64,000 bases of DNA from Clostridia bacterium (GTDB lineage: Bacteria; Bacillota; Clostridia; Christensenellales; CAG-138), in contig JAFSEB010000040.1 of assembly GCA_017435905.1 (NCBI GenBank), positions 3,796 to 67,795 of the forward strand. Reading direction: 5' to 3'. Under the pieces are notes generated by a model that saw only the letters and a list, made by a program, of their open reading frames with translations, did not search any database and had not been told where the DNA came from. How positions within the stretch are numbered: the first letter of the stretch is position 1; each line of letters starts with the position of its first letter. Below are positions 8,304 through 15,274 of this stretch, one piece after another. The translations under genes and the position numbers were made by a program.

Positions 8304-8744
8304 ATGGAAAAGAAGGGATATCTGCTTCTCTATACGCTTTGCATTGTGGAGGGCATTGCTCTGATCATATTGTGCGTGTGCGGCGGTGCGTTGGAACTGG
8401 TGCGGGGGCTGTTGGCGCTTTCAGCATATGACTACCCCAACTGGAATATGGAAGTGGCCGCCTATCCGAAAAAGATCGCGTATGTGATCGGCAGGGATAC
8501 GGAAATCGATCTTTCAGGTACTGTTGTCAGTTATACCTTCGGGTGGCACGAACCGGAAGAGGACGAGATTTATGCTTATGATGACCCCATATTCGAAGTG
8601 GATACCTCGGCAGTGGATCTGACGAAGGAAGGGACATATGAAGTCGTCATTTCAACGGTTGATCCTACAGACTATGGTGCCGAATGCATCTTGCCGATCC
8701 AAGTGATCGCACCGCAGGAACAAAGTGCACATGTTATGCCCTGA
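8304..8744 (+). CDS. Single-pass membrane protein with one Big_3-like Ig domain (paralog A)
   Basis: RBS AGAGGAG. The N-terminal TM is LLLYTLCIVEGIALIILCVCGG, followed by YPKKIAYVIGRDTEIDLSG...DLTKEGTYEVVI...CILPIQVIAP. Confidence 0.75.
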   Translation: MEKKGYLLLYTLCIVEGIALIILCVCGGALELVRGLLALSAYDYPNWNMEVAAYPKKIAYVIGRDTEIDLSGTVVSYTFGWHEPEEDEIYAYDDPIFEVDTSAVDLTKEGTYEVVISTVDPTDYGAECILPIQVIAPQEQSAHVMP

Positions 8745-8760
8745 TGCGGGAGGGAAGACG

Positions 8761-9168
8761 ATGAAAAAGCAAAAAGATAATTGGCTGATAACATTGTGGA
8801 TCATTGAAAGCATTGCTCTTATCTGTGCTTTGGTCATGGTCGGACGGGTGCGGAATCTCGATGCAAGCAGGGATACAGATAATCCCGATTTTTATGCAAA
8901 AATCAGAAATTTTCCCGATAAAGTGGTTTATGTGGCGGGCGTGGATACGGAATTGGATCTGCGTGGCTGCACCATATCGGAATCGAGGCTTTTTGGTGCG
9001 GACGACGGGACCGCGGAAGATCTTGTCTCCAACTTAGGCACCCACTTTACCGTTGTGTCGGAAGATATCGACTTTTCCACCCCGGGCATTTATGAAGTGC
9101 GCATCCGTGGTTATGATACGGAATGTGCCTTCCCCATCGAAGTCATCGACCCTGCGGCATTGGAGTAA
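8761..9168 (+). CDS. Single-pass membrane Big_3-like Ig-domain protein (paralog B)
   Basis: Start ATG 8761 follows GGGAGGGAAG. The TM is WLITLWIIESIALICALVMVG, followed by FPDKVVYVAGVDTELDLRG...FSTPGIYEVRI...CAFPIEVIDP. Confidence 0.75.
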   Translation: MKKQKDNWLITLWIIESIALICALVMVGRVRNLDASRDTDNPDFYAKIRNFPDKVVYVAGVDTELDLRGCTISESRLFGADDGTAEDLVSNLGTHFTVVSEDIDFSTPGIYEVRIRGYDTECAFPIEVIDPAALE

Positions 9169-9206
9169 AACCCAAGCCCCGGCACACGGCTTTCCGTGCG
9201 TCGGGG
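9022..9206 (+). repeat. Direct repeat copy 1 (3' end of paralog B plus junction stem-loop)
   Basis: About 97% identical by eye to 11863-12046 (roughly 5 mismatches and 1 indel in 185 nt). Confidence 0.85.
9177..9206 (+). repeat. Conserved cassette-junction stem-loop
   Basis: CCCCGGCACACGG-CTTT-CCGTGCGTCGGGG. Homologous hairpins lie at 10161-10187, 11078-11107, 12018-12046 and 13950-13977. Only a weak T tract follows. Confidence 0.6.
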
Positions 9207-9632
9207 TTTGATGCACCGTTTCCCGGCTATCTCAGGCTGACCGAAAAGAGTGTCGAATACCTCTGCATGCTGCATTCGCATCCCTCACGGCGTGATCCAT
9301 CTGATGATAACGATGAGTTTTCCTGGGGCGACGGCCTTGTTGCAGCTGTTTCCGGCAAAATCTATCTGACCACGCCGCATGGGAATGTTTATGCTTTAAG
9401 TCAGGAAGATGCTAAAACAGTAATTGATACAGGACTCGATTGGGACAAAACTGTTTTTGCCCAAAAGAAGAAGCCGCTTTTGAAGGCGTTGTGGTATGGG
9501 CTCAATCCAACTGATGCTTTTTACTATAATGTGCTTGCTGACTACGATGAACATAGGAAGAAAGCGGCACAAACACTCCCCGGATACAATTATGAGACGT
9601 TTGATGCTAAGACCTATAACACATATAAATGA
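9207..9632 (+). pseudogene. Orphan 5'-truncated copy (CT-1) of the 623-aa protein's C-terminal domain
   Basis: The frame reads ...FPGYLRLTEKSVEYLCMLHSHPSRRDPSDDNDEFSWGDGLVAAVSGKIYLTTPHGNVYAL... and ends at 9632. It starts right at the hairpin with no RBS. The first in-frame ATG after the hairpin is 9267 (MLHSHPS). ORF 9123-9632 overlaps paralog B in another frame. Confidence 0.55.
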
Positions 9633-9655
9633 TCTTTGATACAAGGAAGGCTAAT

Positions 9656-10153
9656 ATGGAGCAAGGGAGCAAGAAGCGGATTTCGAAAGAAATAATTGTG
9701 AAATATGTGGCTGCAATGGCGATTATTATGGTATCTGCGCAGGTGATCTTCAGGGGCTGTTTTCCGTTTTTCTTGCTTGCGAATGGAGTTGAGTCCACAT
9801 ATCCCCAAGGCTACCGTATTCACACGCTCCCTGCAAAACAGGTGTATATAGCGGGACAGGATACGGAACTGGACCTTACCGGGGGCGAAATCTGCCATAG
9901 CAATGAACAAAACGAATTTCCTGAACAGTATGGTTACTGCACAACGGAATACTGTGAAGACCCTATTCCCATGGAAGCGGCATTGGCGGAATATGAATGG
10001 CTGAGCGTTGAAACCGATGCGGATTTTTCCATCCCGGGAGAATATAAGGTGACATTTTGGTATCCTAATTTCTTTGATGGTATGGATGATGGCAAGATGC
10101 TCTCCTGCTCCTTCCCCATCGTTGTCATTGACCCCAAAGATGCAGTCAGATAA
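9656..10153 (+). CDS. Single-pass membrane Big_3-like Ig-domain protein (paralog C)
   Basis: Start ATG 9656 follows AAGGAAGG. The TM is YVAAMAIIMVSAQVIF, followed by LPAKQVYIAGQDTELDLTGG...FSIPGEYKVTF...CSFPIVVIDPKDAVR. Confidence 0.7.
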   Translation: MEQGSKKRISKEIIVKYVAAMAIIMVSAQVIFRGCFPFFLLANGVESTYPQGYRIHTLPAKQVYIAGQDTELDLTGGEICHSNEQNEFPEQYGYCTTEYCEDPIPMEAALAEYEWLSVETDADFSIPGEYKVTFWYPNFFDGMDDGKMLSCSFPIVVIDPKDAVR

Positions 10154-10160
10154 AACGGAT

Positions 10161-10187
10161 CCGGCGTGCGGTTTTTCCGCGCGCCGG
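10161..10187 (+). repeat. Conserved cassette-junction stem-loop (variant)
   Basis: CCGGCGTGCGG-TTTTT-CCGCGCGCCGG, located 8 nt after the stop of paralog C. Confidence 0.5.
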
Positions 10188-10603
10188 GCTTGATGTACCG
10201 CTCGCCCGGCTATCTGAGCTTGATCGAAAACGGAGCAAAAGTGGAGCACCTCGGCATGCTGCATTCGCATCCGTCGAGAGCAAATGGCGAAGATAATGAC
10301 GAGTTTTCTTTGGGCGATGCTATTGTTTCTGTAGTGTCAAGAAGAATCTACTTGACTACGCCAGAGGGATATGTATACGCACTGGACAGGAAAGACGGCT
10401 GGAAACTTATCGTGCCCGGATATAAAAGGGAACGCGTAAATGCCGCTGATTGGCAACTTTATTACGGAAGCGTCACGGAAGAAGAACTTCCTAAATGGAT
10501 CGTGGAAGCTTTAGCCGAAGATTATGTTGCGAAGCAGGATGCAAAATCAAAAGGAAGTAATTTTGTGACGTTTGACATTAATACCTATAACACACGAAAG
10601 TAG
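10188..10603 (+). pseudogene. Orphan 5'-truncated copy (CT-2) of the 623-aa protein's C-terminal domain
   Basis: ...SPGYLSLIENGAKVEHLGMLHSHPSRANGEDNDEFSLGDAIVSVVSRRIYLTTPEGYVYAL...TFDINTYNTRK*. No RBS is present. Candidate starts are GTG 10166 (inside the hairpin) or ATG 10193. Confidence 0.55.
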
Positions 10604-10611
10604 AGGGTTTT

Positions 10612-11070
10612 ATGGACAAAAAACAGACAAGCCGAAGCTGGCTTAAAACGCTGCTGATTGTGGAAAATGTGATCATCATCGCAGTTTTGCTGCACTTTGG
10701 TGTTAAGGAGATCAAGAGAGTGGTAAGTTATATTCGTTATCCAAGCTCTGTGTATGTAATCAACATACATCGCTATCCGGACAAGCTGGTTTACGTTGCC
10801 GGAGAAGATACGGTGCTGGATCTTACCGGAGGCGAACTGTGCCTGAGCAGCGAGGGCGGCTTTACAAACGGGTTTCCTTGCGAATTTAATCCGGAACGGA
10901 AAAACATGGGAGAAGGATATTGTGAGATCGTATATTCTATGACAGAAGATGAATATGAAACGAATGCAGATCTTTCCGTGCCAGGCAGATACTATATTCG
11001 CTTTTCGCTGGATAGAGGAACTTGCTCCTTCCCCATCGTGGTCATCGACCCTAAAGATGCGGTGAAATAA
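10612..11070 (+). CDS. Single-pass membrane Big_3-like Ig-domain protein (paralog D)
   Basis: RBS AGAGGG. The TM is WLKTLLIVENVIIIAVLLHFGV, followed by YPDKLVYVAGEDTVLDLTGG...LSVPGRYYIRF...CSFPIVVIDPKDAVK. Confidence 0.75.
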   Translation: MDKKQTSRSWLKTLLIVENVIIIAVLLHFGVKEIKRVVSYIRYPSSVYVINIHRYPDKLVYVAGEDTVLDLTGGELCLSSEGGFTNGFPCEFNPERKNMGEGYCEIVYSMTEDEYETNADLSVPGRYYIRFSLDRGTCSFPIVVIDPKDAVK

Positions 11071-11077
11071 GCCCAAG

Positions 11078-11107
11078 CCCCGGCACATGGCTTTCCGTGC
11101 GCCGGGG
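11078..11107 (+). repeat. Conserved cassette-junction stem-loop
   Basis: CCCCGGCACATGG-CTTT-CCGTGCGCCGGGG. Confidence 0.55.
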
Positions 11108-11163
11108 CGAATGCACTCTTTGTCCGGCCGGGGCTTCTTAAAGGAAAGCGGAGCAAAGACCAA
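11108..11163 (+). pseudogene. Short remnant of a third orphan C-terminal cassette
   Basis: CGAATGCAC...TCCGGCCGGGGCTTCTTAAAGGAAAGCGGAGCAAAGACCAAG parallels the first ~55 nt of CT-1 and CT-2 (..PGYL.L.E.GAK..). Homology then stops and the next Ig-like gene begins. Confidence 0.4.
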
Positions 11164-11188
11164 GGGCAGTAAATAAAGTGAGGAATCA

Positions 11189-11623
11189 ATGAAAAAAAGC
11201 CATTTGCAGCACGCTTTGCTGCTCTATGTGATTTGTGTTGCTGAAAGCTTGTTTTTAATTGCGTATTCAGCAGCGTGGGTTGGCTCGCGGATCATGGTTT
11301 CCATGTCGAACCCGAGGGACACGGTCAACAGGGTAACGGTCGTGAACTACCCGGAACAGTTGGTATATGTTCTTGGTATAGATACGGAACTGAAACTTGA
11401 CGGTTTGACTGTGGCTTATGCAAAATACGGGGATGATGTGACCGAAAATGATCTCTACGAAATAGGCAGTCAATATGTAACAGTGGATACATCCCGGGTC
11501 GATCTTACAACGCCGGGCGTATACGAAGCATACATCGTGCTGTTTGACACATGCTGCATATTGCCGATAGAGGTTATCGATCTACAGCAATATGCTGCAG
11601 CGGAAGGGGTGGAGCATCGGTGA
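11189..11623 (+). CDS. Single-pass membrane Big_3-like Ig-domain protein (paralog E)
   Basis: RBS GTGAGGA. The TM is ALLLYVICVAESLFLIAYSAAWVG, followed by YPEQLVYVLGIDTELKLDG...LTTPGVYEAYI...CCILPIEVID. Confidence 0.75.
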   Translation: MKKSHLQHALLLYVICVAESLFLIAYSAAWVGSRIMVSMSNPRDTVNRVTVVNYPEQLVYVLGIDTELKLDGLTVAYAKYGDDVTENDLYEIGSQYVTVDTSRVDLTTPGVYEAYIVLFDTCCILPIEVIDLQQYAAAEGVEHR

Positions 11624-12009
11624 AAGCAAAAAAAGACAACTGGCTGATCATATTGTGTGTTGTGGAAAGCATGGCGATCCTTTTGCTCGCAGCATATCAA
11701 TTGCACAGGAAGTACGGCTCGCATATTGAATATTATGCGCTGGCGTCCCATTTACCCAACAAGATCGCATATGTGGCAGGCGTGGATACAGAGCTCGACC
11801 TGACCGGTGCCACCGTTATCGAGTCAAGCAACACAGCGTATGCGGTGGGCGAGGAATACGACCTTGTCTCCAACCTTGGCACCCACTTTACCGTTGTGTC
11901 GGAAGATATCGACTTTTCCACCCCGGGCATTTATGAAGTGCGCATCCGTGGTTATGATACGGAATGTGTCTTCCCCATCGAAGTCATCGACCCTGCGGCA
12001 TTGGAGTAA
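11620..12009 (+). CDS. Single-pass membrane Big_3-like Ig-domain protein (paralog F)
   Basis: The GTG start at 11620 overlaps the stop of paralog E (GTGA) and follows GGAAGGGGTGGAG. The TM is WLIILCVVESMAILLLAAY, followed by LPNKIAYVAGVDTELDLTG. The C-terminal 48 aa are nearly identical to paralog B. Confidence 0.7.
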   Translation: MKAKKDNWLIILCVVESMAILLLAAYQLHRKYGSHIEYYALASHLPNKIAYVAGVDTELDLTGATVIESSNTAYAVGEEYDLVSNLGTHFTVVSEDIDFSTPGIYEVRIRGYDTECVFPIEVIDPAALE

Positions 12010-12046
12010 AACCAAAGCCCCGGCACACGTTTTCCGTGCGTCGGGG
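11863..12046 (+). repeat. Direct repeat copy 2 (3' end of paralog F plus junction stem-loop)
   Basis: About 97% identical to 9022-9206. The hairpin is at 12018-12046. After it only about 10 nt (CGAATGC..) of the orphan-cassette 5' end remain. Confidence 0.85.
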
Positions 12047-12122
12047 CGAATGCTTTTAAAATGGCAAATGCAGTATGCTGCCTGAGGGCGGTATTTGACG
12101 GGATCCGCCGAAGAAAGGCAAG

Positions 12123-12812
12123 CTACTCCCGGCAGCTTGGAGTGCAGGTATGAATGGTCATGATCTTCATCAGGGTGCCGCTTTCTTCGTCCACGGCGGA
12201 ATCAAAGGTCATCTTTGTGCTGAAATCGGCGGATGTGTCGGAAGTGACGGTGAGAGACTCATCAAACGCAGTCGTTCTGAACCACCGCATCTGCATATCA
12301 AGAAGCGCACGGCTTTCCTGCGGATGTTGCGAAGCAAGGTCAGGTGTGTAGATCTCATACAGGGCATCAAGCATTGCCTGAAGTGATACGGGGATCTCAT
12401 CGGGGGCTTCATCCTTTGGCACTACATAGCTGATGATCACCTTGTGTACGGGCAGGTCTGCGTGCATGGGCGGCCAGATACGGGAAAAGCCGGTAAGGGA
12501 AAAGGCGATAAAGGTATCATCCTCCGTGTGGGTGGACATGTTGCGGATATAGAGATCATAGGGCGGCCCGGGGGCTTTCCAGTATCCGTCCGCAAGGATC
12601 TCCACGCCGTCATCGGCAAGGGCTTCATTGCAGCGTGCGATGAGTGCATCGGAGCGGATCTCCAGCCCTGCTTTTTTTCGTTCCCGGGCGGCGGAGGCGA
12701 TGTCGGAGCCGGTCAGCCACTTTGCAATAAAAAGGATGCATGCAAAAACCGCTGCAGCAATCCATATCATGCGGCGAAGGGTGCGGGTCTTTTTGGCGGA
12801 TATGTTTTGCAT
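12123..12812 (-). CDS. Membrane-anchored hypothetical protein (229 aa) on the opposite strand inside the array
   Basis: Start ATG 12812 lies 7 nt after AAGGAG. It has an N-terminal basic stretch plus the TM IWIAAAVFACILFIAKW. No family motif was recognised. Confidence 0.6.
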   Translation of the reverse strand: MQNISAKKTRTLRRMIWIAAAVFACILFIAKWLTGSDIASAARERKKAGLEIRSDALIARCNEALADDGVEILADGYWKAPGPPYDLYIRNMSTHTEDDTFIAFSLTGFSRIWPPMHADLPVHKVIISYVVPKDEAPDEIPVSLQAMLDALYEIYTPDLASQHPQESRALLDMQMRWFRTTAFDESLTVTSDTSADFSTKMTFDSAVDEESGTLMKIMTIHTCTPSCRE

Positions 12813-13015
12813 AGCGGTGCTCCTTACGCTTTTTTCCAATATAGCATGAAAGACGGCATGCGTAAAGCACGGTGAGGTGTCTTATTGACGCACGGGACAG
12901 AAAGGAATATGCTTAGACTGAAGATGACACAGCTTTTGCGCAGCATACGGCTGCGAAAAACGTGGTTCGTATTATATTGGTCACCCGAAACAAACGAAAA
13001 AAGGAGGCGCTGCAC

Positions 13016-13486
13016 ATGGAAAAACAGGAAAAACGCAATAACCTGCTGCGAAGGATCCTGACGGCAGAAAACCTGCTGCTCCTGCTTTTGATCGGCTTTT
13101 TATGGATGCGGTCCTGCGTGGAGAATTTCGACGGTGTGGAGATTCTTTATGATGCCGGCATCCACCGTTGGCCGGATAAGCTCACCTATGTGATCGGCGA
13201 GGATACGGCGCTTGACCTGACGGGCGGCGTGATCTGCGCCCACGAGTATGACCGGCCGGATGAACCTGCCCGTTCCTGCGTTTCCTTTGCAGGGAAAGAA
13301 ATCGACCACGGCGAGGACAGCTTTACCTACACCATGCTGGAAGCCTGGGAAGACGGGGAATTGACATCGGATATCGACTTTACACGGGAAGGGGTATACA
13401 CCGTCAGGATCCTGCATCAGGATTGGACAGAACTGTGTTTCCCCGTAACGGTGGTGGCGCCGGACAGCCCGGCGGCGCCGCACTGA
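13016..13486 (+). CDS. Single-pass membrane Big_3-like Ig-domain protein (paralog G)
   Basis: Start ATG 13016 follows AAGGAGG. The TM is ILTAENLLLLLLIGFLWM, followed by WPDKLTYVIGEDTALDLTGG...FTREGVYTVRI...CFPVTVVAP. Confidence 0.7.
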   Translation: MEKQEKRNNLLRRILTAENLLLLLLIGFLWMRSCVENFDGVEILYDAGIHRWPDKLTYVIGEDTALDLTGGVICAHEYDRPDEPARSCVSFAGKEIDHGEDSFTYTMLEAWEDGELTSDIDFTREGVYTVRILHQDWTELCFPVTVVAPDSPAAPH

Positions 13487-13504
13487 CGGTGAAAGGAGAA
13501 CACC

Positions 13505-13945
13505 ATGGAACGAAAACAGAGCAGCTGGGTGAAAACGCTTTTTATCGTGGAAAACGCCATCCTTGCGGCGGTGCTGCTTTGCTATCTGCTGGTTAAGGGA
13601 ATCATGTGGTATGAAGACGAGTGGGTGCGCCACGGCAACATCCACCGCTATCCCACAAAGCTCACCTATGTGGCAGGTGTGGACAAAGAGCTTGACTTGA
13701 CGGGCGGCGAGGTCTGCTTCAGCACCGGCTTAGACCAATCCAAAGGCATATTCTGCGCTTCCGATGCGGCCCGTGCGGACGGGCAGAAAGGGCGCTGCAA
13801 GGCGATCCTGCCCATGGCGGAGGCGAAGGTTTCCACCAATGCGGATCTGGACGTGCCGGGGCAGTATTATGTGCAGGTGGAATACCGGGATAGCACCTGC
13901 TTCTTCCCCATCGTGGTCATCGACCCCAAAGATGCGGTGAAATAA
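13505..13945 (+). CDS. Single-pass membrane Big_3-like Ig-domain protein (paralog H)
   Basis: RBS AAAGGAGA. The TM is WVKTLFIVENAILAAVLLCYLLV, followed by YPTKLTYVAGVDKELDLTGG...LDVPGQYYVQV...CFFPIVVIDPKDAVK. Confidence 0.75.
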   Translation: MERKQSSWVKTLFIVENAILAAVLLCYLLVKGIMWYEDEWVRHGNIHRYPTKLTYVAGVDKELDLTGGEVCFSTGLDQSKGIFCASDAARADGQKGRCKAILPMAEAKVSTNADLDVPGQYYVQVEYRDSTCFFPIVVIDPKDAVK

Positions 13946-13949
13946 ACAA

Positions 13950-13980
13950 ACAGGCGCACGGCTTTCCGTGCGCCTGTTTT
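13950..13980. terminator. Terminator at the end of the array (homologous to the junction stem-loops), shared with the convergent gene
   Basis: ACAGGCGCACGG-CTTT-CCGTGCGCCTGT, followed by TTTT and preceded by an A-rich run. Confidence 0.7.
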
Positions 13981-13993
13981 GCATTTGCTGCTA

Positions 13994-15274
13994 TTACATG
14001 AATTCCACCGCATCGAAGCGGAAGCCGAGGGGTGCGGCCGCATCCGCTTTGAGGGTGAGGGAAACGGCGGCAAGCTCTGCTGCCTGTGCGGTGCCTGGCG
14101 TGCCCGAAAGGAGCATGCCGTACACGGTGAGACCTTCTGCCGTGCGCACGGCGTCATCCATGCGGAAGGCATAGGGCGCACGGGGGTGGATGGGGATGCG
14201 GTACACGCCGTTTTCATATGCGGTGCCGTCGCCGAGGGTGGCAAGGTCGCCGGGCAGGCTGCCTGTGAAGTAAGATGTGAAGGCGGCGGCGTAATCCGCT
14301 TCGGTCACCTCCGCAAAATAGCCTTCTTCTTCGCCGGTGGTGAGCATATAGGTCATGAAGGCGCTTGCCGCATAGGGGGAGGGGCTGCCGCCTGTAAAGC
14401 CCTCGTAATTGGGGGCGCAGGCAGCGGCGATGGCGGCAAAGCCCGGCAGCAGATGCTCGTATTCCTCCGTGCTGAGGGCATCGCCCACGGCGGCAGGGTA
14501 CAGGGCGCTGCGCTCCACCGTAAAGGAAAGGATGCCCTGTTCCTCCGGGGCAAGAACGCCTGCACGGATGTAGAAGGTATAGCCTGTCTCCGACACGGTG
14601 AAGCCGCTCACAAGGTCAAGGGCCAGGCGCACATCCTCCGGGGCGATATCCGCATAATAGGCGTCGCCGTTGCGGTCGATCTCGTTGAAGATCTGCTGTG
14701 CCACAAGGGCTTCCGGCTCATACTGCCCGGAAAGGGCGGCGAAGGAATATTCCGTGCCGGCGCTGTCCAGCACCAGCGCATGGGGGATGACCTCCTTCGC
14801 TTCGCCGAAATAAACGGTCTCAAGGAACAATATGGCGGTGTATTCGCTGCCGCCGAGAAGCGCATCCGTCACTTCCCAGCTGACGGCGGTGGAAGGGGCT
14901 GCTTCGCCCTCCACCCGGTCCGCAAGGGGCAGCCGCTCCTCACGCACCCGGTCGATGAGCTCCTCCTCATAAAGGGAGACCGCCTCGTTGCGCCCATCCC
15001 CCTCGGGGAACAGGGGCAGGGAGTAGGTGAGCACATAATCCGCCGTTTCCGTATCGCTGCCCTCCGGGAAAAAGAGGGTCTGCTCCTTAAAGGAAGAAAC
15101 GATGGCTTCCCCCGGCGCATCGGCGGCAGGGGTCTCCTGCGGCTCCTCCGTGGGGGCAGGGGTGGAGATCACGCTTTCGCTGCCCACATCCAAAGCGGGA
15201 GCATCCTCTTTGCAGGCGGAAAGGGAAACCATAAGAAACGCTGCAAGGCATGCAGCCAAAAGCCGTTTTGTCAT
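13994..15274 (-). CDS. Putative lipoprotein (426 aa)
   Basis: Start ATG 15274 follows GGAGGT. The signal peptide MTKRLLAACLAAFLMVSLSAC carries a lipobox Cys. The mature part was not assigned (possibly DUF3298/DUF4163-like, unverified). Confidence 0.7.
   Translation of the reverse strand: MTKRLLAACLAAFLMVSLSACKEDAPALDVGSESVISTPAPTEEPQETPAADAPGEAIVSSFKEQTLFFPEGSDTETADYVLTYSLPLFPEGDGRNEAVSLYEEELIDRVREERLPLADRVEGEAAPSTAVSWEVTDALLGGSEYTAILFLETVYFGEAKEVIPHALVLDSAGTEYSFAALSGQYEPEALVAQQIFNEIDRNGDAYYADIAPEDVRLALDLVSGFTVSETGYTFYIRAGVLAPEEQGILSFTVERSALYPAAVGDALSTEEYEHLLPGFAAIAAACAPNYEGFTGGSPSPYAASAFMTYMLTTGEEEGYFAEVTEADYAAAFTSYFTGSLPGDLATLGDGTAYENGVYRIPIHPRAPYAFRMDDAVRTAEGLTVYGMLLSGTPGTAQAAELAAVSLTLKADAAAPLGFRFDAVEFM

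Noticed and set aside
9123-10603. Translational fusion of the Ig-like genes to the following C-terminus fragments (stop-codon readthrough or -1 frameshift)
   Set aside because: Paralog C and CT-2 are in the same frame, separated by a single TAA with a hairpin 8 nt downstream. Paralog B and CT-1, however, are in different frames, and I see no X_XXY_YYZ slippery heptamer before the hairpin. The relationship is inconsistent between units, so it is more likely a by-product of cassette junctions. Ribo-seq could reopen the question.
9614-11163. - strand ORFs inside the array (9614-10270, 10585-11163, and also 13100-13645)
   Set aside because: They are antisense to the Ig-like paralogs, which have RBSs, TM helices and conserved family motifs. 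The antisense frames are not conserved between repeat units.
9022-12046. Diversity-generating retroelement (template/variable repeat) as the explanation for the B/F near-identical repeat
   Set aside because: There is no reverse transcriptase gene in the window. The few differences are not adenine-specific (T/C, A/T, C/T, C/A and one indel).
8304-13945. Holin interpretation of the small single-TM proteins next to a PG-binding protein
   Set aside because: Eight paralogs, each with a ~100-residue extracytoplasmic Ig-like domain, do not fit holin architecture. No endolysin catalytic domain was recognised either.
9177-13977. CRISPR-like or integron attC-like reading of the recurring stem-loops
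   Set aside because: The repeats are 1-2 kb apart and separated by coding genes, so they are not 25-50-nt spacers. There are no cas or intI genes and no GTTRRRY core sites. I keep them only as cassette-junction hairpins.
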